NCBI RefSeq assembly: GCF_000181795.1
Contig: NW_003526940.1
Location: forward strand, 1,530,571 to 1,594,570
Reading direction: 5' to 3'
DNA: 64,000 bases
Source: Trichinella spiralis
Taxonomy: Eukaryota
Numbering within the stretch: position 1 is the first letter of the stretch; every line of letters begins with the position of its first letter. The translations under genes and the position numbers were made by a program. The notes beneath the pieces were generated by a model that was not told the DNA's origin, searched no databases, and saw only the letters and a program-made list of their open reading frames with translations. This document shows positions 1-16,400 of this stretch, piece by piece.

Positions 1-3208
<3,208 letters not shown>

Positions 3209-4803
3209 TTAATTTGAAGCAAATCAATGATATTTTTTGGTTGTTTTACCGGAAAGAATTTTTTCCTGTGTGCTTCATCTTTACATTTTCAACGTTCATG
3301 AATAATAATAATCCAGTACACACGTCTTGGATATATATATATATTTATATTTCTATTTTTCCGTTGTTTGTTCGTTTTTGATTTTTTGTCCCGTTGAAAG
3401 TGTGTATATTTGAAAGCTCGACCTGTTGACAAGAAGCAGTGGGGAAAAAAGTGGTCGTCGAGCTTGAGCTTTTCATTTTACCATTAGAAGAAAGGTGACA
3501 TTTTAAACATATAAGCTGATATTTTCTCCTTGCCCATTCCACAGCACACCTCTTTGCACAATTTGTCGTTTTTTTTATTTCTGCTGATTTTCATTGTCTG
3601 AATATTTTTGCTTTTTTCTCGTTCTCTCGGTGTTCTGTTGTTCTTTTTTATTTTTCAAAGCAACAGTAAGAAAAAAAACTTTTTTGTTTTTTGGTAATCT
3701 GTGTTTCTGCAACAAGAAATGGAAGTGGGAAAGAATCTGAATCAGAAGAATTTTATTACCAGAAAACTTCCATCTCTTCACATTTTGTCTCTTGCTTTCC
3801 CCTCCCTCCCCCTCCCCCCATACCCATATCACGCAACGTTTAACCCCAATCGAATGATGTTTTATTGATGATTATCTTATTATTATTATTATCAATTTTT
3901 TGTAAAAAATGAAAGCGTATGTTGTTTTGTCGTATATATTGGTATTTTTTTATTGTTAGAGTTGAACTCGCTTTATCCGATCCAGTGGCACATTATATTA
4001 CTGATTCTGATTTGTCGTTGCCTGCCGTCTGAGCTTTCATTTGTGATTGTTTTCTATTGTTTGAATGATAACTTTTTTAACTTTTAATCATTATTATTAT
4101 TATTATTGTATAATACAGTCGGTTAGTGGGTTTATGTGCATTCATTGCGCGAAATGTTGCGTCATCACTGGTTTCTGGCGATCTCGTTGATCGATCATTT
4201 GAAATTATTATTAATAAAATAAGTATTTAAGTTGCATAGTTTGATGTTATATTTGTGTTAATTTATTTGCATTTTACGGTGCGTAAAATGAAGAAAAATC
4301 ACTAAACACAAAGGGAAAGCAAGCAAGCTTCGATGCGTTCATCAATTGTGACGATTTGCAATAAAATAAAATGAAATCCGACGTTGACATTGCCAAGTAT
4401 TGTTAAGAAAAAATATAAAAATGAGCAATGAACAATGCATCGTATTCAAATTAATAATGGAAAGAAAGTAAGCTCAATAAAATTGAATTTTATTATAAAC
4501 AAAATGACAAACGTTGCTTTTGTAATTGTTTGCTGACGAGGTGATGTGTTTATTGCCTGATTGTATAGGGCATAGTTTGTGGAATTTTATTATCTCTCGG
4601 CTTTTGGTGTTTTGCTTGCACGCAAAAGTCATGTTTTGCATTTGAAATGCGATAAATAAATTTGAAATGCAATTTTTATTGCCATTCGCTATTGTTGGAG
4701 CATTTTTAATGGGTTCAAAAAATTGTAAATTGAAACTGTTTCTCGCATCTTCTTCTTCTTCAAGTCAGCTTCTTCGAAAGAACACTCCACTTCTCCAGAA
4801 AGC

Positions 4804-5997
4804 ATGCTTTTTCAATTCGCACTGCTTCTTTATTTTTTCGATGTCGCATGTTCCGATGTGCCTGCCGAGAACTACCCAGTATGCTTTCCAGTTTTCGATT
4901 GAACTTTCATAAATATAAATTAATTTATTATTAACATTCAACAATAATTTTCTACATGATTTGACTTATTTCTAAGATTGGGCTGAAAACTAATTATAAG
5001 AATCACATCAATAACAAGCTCTACGACTATTTGCAAATGAAGTTCAGATGGCCAAATGGTGTTGTACCGTACACTTTCGTTGACACGCACGATTGGTTAG
5101 AAACCTGTGTCAAAGATGCAATGAAAACCATAGAAAATGTATCTTGTATTCGGTATGATTTTAGCTTATTTAACGTGAAATCAATGAGAAAATTTGTTTT
5201 ACTTCATTTTCAGCTTTGTACCTTACAATGCAACGGTGCACGATTCAATTGGTTACATGTCGATTGGAACGATCCGAAAAGGGTGCAAATCGCATGTTGG
5301 TCGAGCGCCGGGCAAAGGTTCGCCATTTTTTCTGGCGCGGGGGTGTTGCAACAAGCAGGGCACCGTTCTGCATGAACTGATGCACACGTTGGGTTTCATC
5401 CACGAGCACAGCCGTCCGGACAGGAAAAGCTACATCGATATCAACAAGAATAATGTGGCCAAGGAGCATTGGAAAAATCTTAATAGAGAACATATTTGGG
5501 TAAGAATGCCCATCACCACAATGTACGACTACGACAGTGTGATGCACTATTCGCCGCATGCGTTCAGCAAGAACGGAGGTGTGGTCATTAAAGCGCCTAA
5601 TAATCAAACGATTGGACAACGAGACCATCTCAGTATTTTGGACGTGTATAAGGTATGGTAAAATGTTGGGCAGTTAGGGGAGATTTTCTCTTTCCTTTTT
5701 GTATTTCAGATCAACACCCTCTACAAGTGTAAATCCTACTTGCAATGCTACGACAATTTAGAATTAAACGACTGCATAGAACAAGGATTGGTGAAGAAAA
5801 AATGTGCTGATCAAGATTGGGGTTTTGCAAATTGCAAACAGACTTGTGGTTTTTGCAGGCCGTTCCAGAAACCTTACAGGAGATATGGCGATTGCATAGA
5901 TTTCTCTCCAATGTGTCCTTGGTGGGTCAAACAGGGTCTGTGCGGAAAACGTAAATTGGTCAATGAATGGTGCGAAAGATCTTGCAACCGATGTTAA
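4804..5997 (+). CDS. Secreted astacin-family (M12A) zinc metalloprotease with two C-terminal ShK-like domains
   Basis: Signal-peptide-like MLFQFALLLYFFDVACS at 4804 (alternative upstream ATG at 4667); WPNGVVPY; zinc motif HELMHTLGFIHEHSRPDR; Met-turn YDYDSVMHY. The last exon carries two Cys-rich modules ending CKQTCGFC and CERSCNRC*. Confidence 0.9.
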
Positions 5998-6077
5998 TAC
6001 TGACAAATGAGATGAATTAGTCGAAAACAATTGTCAAAGCACACTTTATTATTCACAATATTTACAAAATTGAAATT

Positions 6078-9000
6078 TCAAATAACGTAATTCTCAATTT
6101 TCGTAAAATATTTAGTAAAATAATCAAACGAACCGCCTTTTCGATTTATTTGAACCGTTTCTTCCAAGTATGGCTTTTTCCATTTGAAATATCGAACAGC
6201 CTGAACAAAATTACCACAAAATACAGTTAGTTGCATTGAATAAAAAAGTTCTTCTTACTTTGACTGGTGTCGCTTTGGATTCTTTCAGTGTTATCAAGTA
6301 TTTCAATTCTAATTTCATATTTTCTCCGTCCATTTCACCTTCTTCGATCATAGTTATACCTTGAAATAAAAATAATGAAACTTATTAATTTTTTTTTCAA
6401 ATTCAAACTTACCTGTGTTTGTCGTGGAAGAAATGGAAACACCAATTGGATTGCTGGCCGGTTTTAAAGTCACAAACCCCAATGAGACATGCTGATCTCG
6501 TGGATTGGTTTTACTTGTTGTAACAGTGCTAAAATTATTATCATATCATATCATCACTAACAATGTTGCACTGATAATTGATAAAATTCAAACTAATAAT
6601 TAATATTCAGCCGTGTACCTGAAATTTAAATACGGTGTGCCGAACATAAGAACCCGTTGATTGGCCACGGTAAGTTGTTCCTTGTAACCGTACTTTGCAT
6701 TTACCATATTCAGCGGAAATGCCAAATCACGTCCATATTGCACCTCCCATTTTCCAAGTATCCACTGGAAAGGTTCAAGCAATGGAGGCAGAGGATCTTT
6801 GGTTTTTACTGAAGCAAAAATGTCCACAAGTGAGAATAATTGAAAAATAACATCAACATTGTAACAATCAGAAATATACCGGTACTGTTGACAAATTTGC
6901 ACTGACCACAAGTAACCGCACAGTTGACGTCAAAAAATGTGGTCGCCGGGCGCATAATTTCGCATTTGTTTTGTTCACCCCAATGATCACAGCTTCCGTA
7001 AATATCTTGACATGGTCCTGAAAAGGTCATTCATCTATTCATTTCATAGGTTCAGAATAAAAACTGCGATGCGGAAAAAACTGAAATACACGACAAAGCC
7101 TACGTTTTCAAAATTTGTCAAGCTTACACATTATTGATCATGACGGATGACCTACATGATGCTGATTTATGAAATTGATAAAATCGGGATTAATGTTCTT
7201 AATTATTAATAATTATTGCAAATGTTCGTTATTTGTGCATAATTAAATAAATTGCTGACAGTATGTTGAAATGTAAAACAAAATTACTGTGACATTTTTC
7301 TCCCATATAGCCAGGTGAACAATAGCATGTATAAGAATTGAATTCACTTCTGCACAGAGCACCGTTGGCGCAAGGATTTGGCTTGCAATGATCAATTTCT
7401 AAATTTTTAAAATAAATCATTATTTATTTCATTTTATTGATGATTAGATGATAATTACTTTTTTCACAAAATTTGCCCGTAAATCCTGGCAAACACTGAC
7501 AACGTTTTCCTAAATGATCTGCTACGCACACGCCGCCGTTGTTACAAGATGAGCTGAGACATTCGACTGCAATGAGCATTTCAAAATTGTAAAAAAACAC
7601 CATTACTTATCGTTATTATTATTATTATTTAAAATTTCATACCGTCACAATACTGACCACTATAATCTGGATCACAATCACAAACATAACCATCTTCCTT
7701 GATAATGCATATTCCATATTTGCACTGGTGATGTTGACAGTAATTTTTCTCTGTATTTTCAATTTAATTTCAATTTTAATTTTAATTTTATCAATGAAAA
7801 TTATTCAAAAAATTACTATCACAAACTGGACCGGTCCATTCCGGCTTGCATAGACATTGAAAGCGATCAATGTTATAAGTGTTGAGGCATTTACCACCAT
7901 TTTTGCAAGGATTTTGTTTGCACCAATCTTTTGCTAAAATGCATAGCATTTAAAATATTGACGAATAATACAAATTTTGAATATATTAACATACATAAAT
8001 CTAATTTTGGTCTGTCTCCATATTCAGATGATTCTGTTTCCTCGACTAATTTTTCCAATATGCTATTTGCTTTTTCATTTTCAGTAGTAAAATTCGATGC
8101 CTGAACGGTATACGGTGTAGATTTATTCAATCTTGGAAATTTTGGCAACAGCAAACCAGACTTTGGTTGCCAAAATGCCCAGTATTCTGACTTTTCTTTT
8201 ATAACAGTAATTCTAAACACACATATAGATACAAGTGTAAATATAAAAATGTAACAAACCAGTTAATTATATACTGCTAAAAATGGTCAGCTACATTTAA
8301 ATGTTGCACATTCTAGTCTTATGACCTTCTTCAAAACAGATGACTACAAAAAAATCATTTTGTTTCTTTTAAATTTAAGAACATTTTTCTACTTTTTATA
8401 ATTTCACAATGTCCAGCATTTCTATAATATGTGCATTTTGGGAACAAAAGAAGAAAGGGAAAAATATTATTTTCTTTAATATTAAAATATATTCTAAATA
8501 TTTTGATACAAAGTAACATTTCCATAATTTTGAAATTTATTATTTTTCTCAATTTCAAACTCTAGCACAGCTAAATAGACAAATATAAATATGGACCAGA
8601 AACGTATTTTTTACAAATTCAAAACCAGGAAATGTTAACCGCAACATTCAAGTGGAATAAATTTGTTCAATAAAATTACTTTAAATTATTTTGCATTACA
8701 ATAAAGCTGGGATTTATTTTAAATATTCTGATTTGAAAAAACGTGATGCCTTAAAATAAAGCATGTTCACTATTAAACAGTTGAACTATAAAGCAAATAG
8801 CTTTTTATTTTAAATTTAACTGATATTTATGTTAATTTTGACTGCCGTTCTGCTTGCTATATTTCAAGCGTGCTAATTGCACAATTCATCAGATGGCCAA
8901 CTTCTGAAATTATTACGCAATCTCATTTACTGCTGTATATTGCATATTGAAAACAACCCAAAATTTTATTTTTATTTTTCGTAATGCAATAAGTAAATAA

Positions 9001-9733
9001 ATATTTTCATAGATCTTATAAAATGTATGGATCATTTTACATGGTTTTATTAAAATTTTAAGAATTCATTTCATCTTTAAATAATTTTTTGATTAGATTA
9101 TATATATGGACATAAAGCATACTTACACAAATTGAATTGGTCCTTCGTTGCGCTTAGTGCGCCAGTTAGCTTCGATAATGTACTTGGGTCGGTCGTTGAT
9201 ATGCGTGATGGAGTTATTGCGATGGGAGGAACAATTTTGAAATTGAATCCCATAAGCGAGCCATTTATCAGTGTTTTCAAGAAACTCACCAGCTCTCAAA
9301 TGGCCAATAACTGAACCATGTTTAGTTGCCAATCTTGCTTGAATGATAAAGCCACGAAAATGAACCGTACCGCTGAGTCGAACTAAACATGTAAAGAAGT
9401 TATGGAATTAAGAAGCCAGGAAGTGCACATTTATGCATATATATATGTGTGTGTGTGTGTGTGCAAAATATTATCATTTTTATTTTTACTTGTGTAAATT
9501 TTGTCTCCATATTCATTGATTGCATTGCCATCCGGGTCGATGACGGCAAAACGATACGGTGGTGTAGATTGTTGTGGCAGTCCATGGCTGATCTTACTCG
9601 GTCGCATCGTGTGTTGTGTAGAACAAGGTGCTCCATTAGGGTAAGCAGAGATGAACAATGTAAAAGTTAATCCGAGAAACAAAATTAAAACAACTTTTTT
9701 ACACAAAAGGCCAATACCCAAGTTCATATCCAT
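6078..9733 (-). CDS. mab-7: MAB-7-like multidomain protein: N-terminal hydrophobic segment, Reeler domain, 4 EGF repeats, ShK domain, nitrobindin/THAP4-like beta-barrel
   Basis: All exon phases join in frame. Reeler: AYPNGAPC..M.P..HG, FRGFIIQAR, SITH, ..QFV|ITVIKEKSEYW. Four EGF exons at about 7820-7932, 7643-7752, 7459-7567, 7288-7398. ShK: CQDIYGSC...CAVTCGQC. Nitrobindin-like: LEPFQWILGKW...YKEQL..GTPYLNF...GFVTLKP...TNTGITMIEEG. Stop TGA at 6078-6080. Confidence 0.8.
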
Positions 9734-9754
9734 ATGAACGTTGTGAAGATGCTA

Positions 9755-9785
<31 letters not shown>

Positions 9786-11643
9786 AATTGTGGTGTTGGT
9801 AGCAGACTGAAGCAGGTACAACGGACCAGAAGACGGCCATCTGCAGGTTATCTGAAACGGGTTAGTAGGGCGCAAGAATATTTCAATGTCTTCAAAGAAA
9901 AATACACTACGCAAAGCTACTATTGTTGTTGACTGGAATTCAACTGAGAAAAAATATTACCAATGTAAATTCTATTAAAATATGCATATACTGACATATA
10001 TATACATCCATGCATTGGTACATACATACACAGATACGTAGATACATAGATACATAGATACATACATACATACATACATACGCACATATATATGCATACA
10101 CTTTTAATATTTTCTTTTCTTAATCTTTTAACATTCGTTTTTTAATATTTTTGCTTTTGTCTATTTTGCCATGCGCATACCAAAACATGGTTGTACACTG
10201 ATTGTTAAGATTTATGCGCCATTTCTTTTCCTTGCTTTTATTAAAAAATTTTCTTTGTTAACTATACAGTTTACAAACAGTGACAAATCTATGAAAAGCG
10301 GTTTTCCTCTTTGAATCATATCAGACCGCCAGCAAGGCGCCAAATGGCAAATACGATTGACACATTCCGGTCATACACAGAGTCAAAATGACCATTCATC
10401 TTTAATAAATTGTCCATCTTTTGAAAAGTTTTAATTTCACACTCATGCACAAGCTTCTTTTCAAATTTTACATCAGTTTAAAAATATGTTATTTCACGAT
10501 ATGATAACTATCTGCTAACTTTATTCCATTACAATTAAACAACTGTTTGCAAGATTAACGAGAACTAATATTTTATTCCGTGTATGGAATACAAACCTGC
10601 CAATAATTTTATTTGTGACAATGAAAAATGCTCAACTATAACCTTCTTTAAGAAATATACCATCAACAGTATATAAATTAAGTGAAAATTAAAAAGAAAT
10701 TTTTTGAAGCAATTTTCATTATTTCTCAAATTAGGAAATATTTCTTACAACAAATAATTACAACACAACTCTGAATTTTGTTATAGAAAATAAAATTAGG
10801 ACGTGCAAAGGACGCTTTCGTCCTGATTACGTGGAAGCTGCTCTGAATAGAAACATCTATGACGTAACCACATATTTTTCTTCGCCATGACACATTGTAA
10901 GATGCCAATAAAATGTAAAGACTTTCATCAAATAAATATCAGCATAATAAAGAATATAACATCACAGATCATTTCAAATTAAAATTTGTCATTTTAAATT
11001 ATTCCTAAAAAGGATTTTATCTAACTATCATTTGAACTCTATGAAAACTTTAAAAAAAGTAAGTTCTTATAAAGCTGCTGTAGAAAAATGTTACTTTAAT
11101 ATGCATTTTATAATTTAAAATGCAAACTTATTATAGGAAGTTTCCAGTATAGTTTCTTTTGTGCGCTGATCAATATTTTATATTCACACAGTTTATATAT
11201 AATAATGCCAAGAATGTAAACAATAATTATATTACGCCAACATCATCATTCATGCATTAAAAGTAGAATTTATTACATTACTGCATTTTTTAAATATAAT
11301 ACAAATTGTTTATTAACAAATTATTCATCAATAGCATTAGAAGAAGTTAAATGTATACTGTAATTAAAATTTTCAAATCGACTGTACTTGACTATTTGAC
11401 AGTAAGAACCAGTCTAACGTGGAATATATCATATCGTTATTTTTAATTGTTTCATTATAAAAAGTTTATGTCAAATGAAACAGTGAATAACTGTCATGGA
11501 ATGGCTTTATTTGCTTTGGCGAAATTTTTTTTTATTTCCCATTGAATTGTTCTACAAATTACGCCCGAGAAACCTTCACTTCTGAACATTCTTCATTTTG
11601 AATAAAACTTTTCCGTTTGCTTTCCCCATTGTTCTTCGTGGAA

Positions 11644-13273
11644 ATGAGCAGCGACAATTCCTTTATTGCGAGAAATTGGGAAGGTGTGTATCATCATGAT
11701 TTATAGGTTATAAATGCGCTATTATAAGCATGATTAATGCAAGATATCTGAAGTTTCTATGATTATGAATACATTGCATGTACGAAATGGATACATGACT
11801 TTATTATTTGTGAAAATATTGTAATATTTTGTTTAAATAATTTCACTGTGATGCATTACCTTTTATATTAGTATATTTTTGAATTTTATTATTCAGAGCT
11901 TCGAAGAAGAGCAAGAAGTTTGGAAAGTGATATAAATACAAAACTGCTCAACTTTAGTAAATTGGGCTCTAGTTTAGGTGGCCCGCCGCAACTGGGTGTC
12001 ATAACTGATTCAGAGTAAGTGTTCGATATCAATATTCACATATCAAATTAATATAAATTGAATCTTAGAAGACGTGATTCGGAATATCTGTCCACTTCCC
12101 AAAATCGGTTCGAAACTCTTTCTCTGGACATCCAAACGATGTTAGACAAAGTTTGTATAACTTTGACAATTATAGGGTTTAATTTCTTTCCATCAGTTAT
12201 TGGCATTTTAACATTCTATTTACATTTCTGTACATTTGTTAAGTGTTTGAAATTAATGCGATATAATTTATTTGGAGTTGCTTCCTTTTTATTTTTTAAT
12301 GATAAATGTAATAAATAAATTGCACAGAACAGATTTTGCACAAAGAAAAGGGTTAAGAGAAACAATTAAACCAGATTGCATCTACAGTAAAAGAATTTCA
12401 GGTAGACATGCAAAATAAAATTAAGAAGTTTAAATATTATTTAGAAAGTATTTCTTACTATTGTCTTATAAATATGTAAAAGATATATCTTATATTGAAG
12501 TTATATTTTTATTTTTTTAGTTAAACGATATTAACGAGCAGATGTCAGATTTGATCAGAGGCAGTGCATACGTTAAAAATCCAGCTGTATGTCACACATT
12601 GGAACGGCATCGTGACATTTTACTAGATTATAGTCATGAATTTAAACGAACTCATGCAAATATTAAAGTTTTATTAGAACGGGAAGTTTTATTCACTTCT
12701 TCGATTGGTGATGTCGGGTAAGTTGAGGCATTTGACGAAAATGAAGCGAAATTATTATTTAAATTGAAATGTTTAAGTGAATGTAAAATTAATTTGAGCA
12801 ATGATGGCTTGAATAATAGAAAGAGTGATTTTTTACTCAAAGAACATGATCATATAAAGAGGTAAAGTTTATTTTTTTTGCTTTATAATTTCAAAGCTCT
12901 TTATTTTTGACTTTTTTTGTTTTAGCTCTGATCGACTACTGGACGATCAAATTGGGTTGTTTTACAGTTTTATTTTATATTATGTCAATGTGATTAAAGT
13001 CATGTTTAATTTAGAATTGCATTGGCGACAAAAGAATCGTTGCTTAATCAGAAGCTTGGCCTTAAAGGTGTGGCGAAGAAACTGAACACACTGACTAGTA
13101 ATGAAAAACTAACGAAAAAAACTGTTTTATTGGAATGTGTTTTTTCAGAACGTTATCCCGCCGTGCATAGTGTGATGCAAAAAATTCACATGAGAAAACG
13201 CCGTGATGTTATAATTCTCGCTTCGGTCATTGTCATTTGTTTCATTGTTATATTTTTGTATGGTATAAACTGA
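11644..13273 (+). CDS. GOSR1: Golgi SNAP receptor complex member 1 (Gos28/GS28 Qb-SNARE)
   Basis: NWE|ELRRRARSLESDINTKLLNFSKL; HTLERHRDILLDYSHEFKRT; C-terminal RYPAVHSVMQKIHMRKRRDVIILASVIVICFIVIFLY transmembrane anchor. Confidence 0.92.
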
Positions 13274-13428
13274 TTGAATAGCTAGCTAGTTTAAAAAGGA
13301 GACAAAACTGAACATGCATAATCAGAATGCCAGAAAGTACTGCAAAAAATTTTGATTTCTTATTTATAAGTTGGTTTGTTTTGGCAAGCTGTCAACAAAC
13401 AACTTACAGCACTCAACATTGAAGTGCT

Positions 13429-16400
13429 TCAGATCAGGATAGGAATCAATGCGGTCCTATGTTTGGGATATTGGCTGTACTTATGCCTGTACCAATCATG
13501 GGTGATTTTGGCAGCTATGATTTGATTTGTGTAAACAAAAATGAGCACATAACACCAAACATTCCAAGTCATTCGTTGACAAAGCCACACAGACAAGTAT
13601 ATCAGTATTTCGAACAAGAAATGTGGACATGATACAAAGTCGAACCATCCTCCGTGTATGATGGCATGTTCATGACTGACGATGTTACCTGAAAAAGTGC
13701 CGGTGCACGGTTAGAATGGGAAAGTTGTGAGTGAAGTTTGGAAGTATAAAAAGAAAAGGTAAAACCTAAATTGTTGCGTCTTGCTGCTGCTAATATCAAA
13801 AAGCACTGATGTTGCATGTAACTTGACCAAAGAAACAAGAACAGACCGAACATTTGAACGCTGGTCATGAATGCATACGACTGCGCGGGAACATATCCTG
13901 AAAGGGGGAAAGTATAACCATTATTATAGCGTTGAGTTATTTTTGTTATTGTTGCTTGAATTTTACGGTCGTTTGGTATGAATTTCGGTGCCTCGACTAG
14001 AACAGAAAATGGCATCAAGATGTAATAAATCAACCCGAGAAGGTAATGCCAGCAGTTCATCTTGCTATCTGAATAGACGCTAATAAAAGCGCTTTCATAG
14101 AATCTTCGAATCGCGTGAAACCAAAGCAAAATGCTGCAAAGAAGTACAGTCTGTTCGTTGAGTCTTGGCGAGATCTCTGCTATCAGAGAAATACACATAC
14201 TTGAATGTAGTTTTTATTTATTAAAAGAATAAATTAAGAAATTGAATACCCATATTTAAATTATTTCCACTCCGAACAGGTTTGCGTAATAAAAGCAGCA
14301 TTTCTTGAAATGATTTCGAAATCAAACCGTTCGCAATGTAACAGTGAAACACGTTGAACAATGTATAGCTTGTCGTGATCACAGCAACAATGTAGAAATG
14401 AGTGAACCATCTTAAATATGAAGAAAGTTAAAAATAATAAAGCAACTGTAGAATCAGAAAATCAAAATGTTCAACTTTTAACTGCAGAATTTTAATATTT
14501 TTTCCACATAACTAACACACTACATCATTCATCGATGAGACAACTTGAACGACAATTTAAAAATCCAACTAAAAATTGCTCATAAATGGTTGAAAATGAA
14601 AAATAATTCATGTGTCAAAAATGATCACTGGCAGAAAAGTGAAAAAAATGAATTCTTATATTTACGTGCAGTACACTGGATGAAATTGCAGAACAGAAAA
14701 TATTTATAACTAAAGAAACAGATTTTTTCAAATTAATAACATTAGTTATTTTTGTGAAGAAAAATATTTCTGAAAATTCAAAAGATTGTGTTCCGGACAA
14801 AACGGCGCCGTCCTCCTCAACGTGACGTCATGTAAGCGTGCCCAAAAAACGGTTCGGACAGGAATACTGTAGACCAACTACCCTGAAAATCATTATCGCG
14901 CCGATCTGACAACCGGGGTCTGGGGTAAAAGGGACCCCATGGTGCGTAAAACATTAGCTGGTTGTTCGGCAAACAACGGCTTCTTGCACAAACAATCTCA
15001 ACGGCACGTTATCAGATCTAGGGAAGCAGCGTGGTGATAAAGTCACTCAGATAAGCCATCGACGTGGTGGGCGCAGTGGTGAACAAGCGGAAAAAACTTC
15101 ACAAGTAAGGCCTGACAGAAGCTAGATCGGCGCCCAGATAGCGCGCACGTCACATCCTGCGGACCATGCGGCGACTCTGTCGTTCCATTGGTAGTTCACG
15201 CTGGACACCCGTAGGGCCGCTAACCCCCGGGCTCTATATACAGGGTCAAGGACAGCGCCACGAGTTGTTTAGCAGTTGACGAGTGTGAAATATCGAGTGA
15301 AATATTGAGCTGAGAGCAGAGAAGAGCAGACTTGTTTGCAGTTGAAGAGCTGCGTTGTTGGAATTTGGAGTGACGCAGCGAAGGAAGACGATCTTGTGTG
15401 CAGTTCGGTATCGCCCCCTGTTCGGTTTTACGTTTAGTAAACATTGCGATTAATCGACGGAGTTTGCTTTAACGCGCTTGTTTGTGAACGCGAGTGATCG
15501 CCATTGGCTAGCCATTATAGAATTGGAAGAGAAAACATACAGTCAACTAATTCTGAACTGACAAGAAAGTTGTCAGTCCACAAAACCTGAGCATCAGTAT
15601 CGACAGAGCCCTATTTGTCGGTATATTTTCTGGTCCTCTGAGCCAGATTCATCTCAGGAGAACGATCTGCGGACAGGGAAGTCAAGGATGGCGTCTGCAG
15701 CGAGACCAATATCGAAGAAGCTGGCCGCAAACAAGTATCGGCTGAGCCGACTTTTGGAGGAGTTGGACGAACTGTGCATAGATCCCGTTGACGTCAATGA
15801 GATCGAGGAGCAGATTGCCATGACTGAACCACTATACGTCGAGACCGAAGCTCTCCAGACCGAGTGGGAGAAGACCCTGAAGGATGAAGAGATGCGGAGC
15901 GCATCCGAGGACTGGTCGAAGTGTCAAAAGCGCTTCCGACAGCTGAAAGCTCGAGCGCACGTCCTGGTTCAACAGGCGCAAAGGGAACGACTGACCGATA
16001 GCGACAGCAGCAACCCCGGCAGAGTTGCCGTGCAGGCAGAAAATTGGAACCTGCCGGAACTGGTGCCTCCGCAGTTTTCCGGGGAAGTGATGGAATTCCC
16101 CAACTTCTGGGCTCAATTTGAAGCGATCATTCACTCGAGAAGCGACCTGGACGCCGCCACGAAGTTCGTCTATTTACTGTCGTACGTTGAAGGGAAGGCG
16201 CGGAGCGCCATTGATGGAATTCCCATCACTGCGGCAAATTACACGCACGCGGTGGAGATTCTTAAGTCTCGATTCGACCGGCCTGAGATGTTAGTGCGTG
16301 AACACATCAAGGCACTGTGGAAAGCAACACCGTGCAGCAAGATGACGAAGCAGGGCATCCATTCCTTGGTGGATGAGATCAGAAACCATCTGATATGTCT

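Noticed and set aside
9098..9733. Stand-alone Reeler defence-protein gene
   Set aside because: The domain is incomplete without the 8212 exon, which joins in phase. Treated as part of the mab-7-like gene, pending cDNA.
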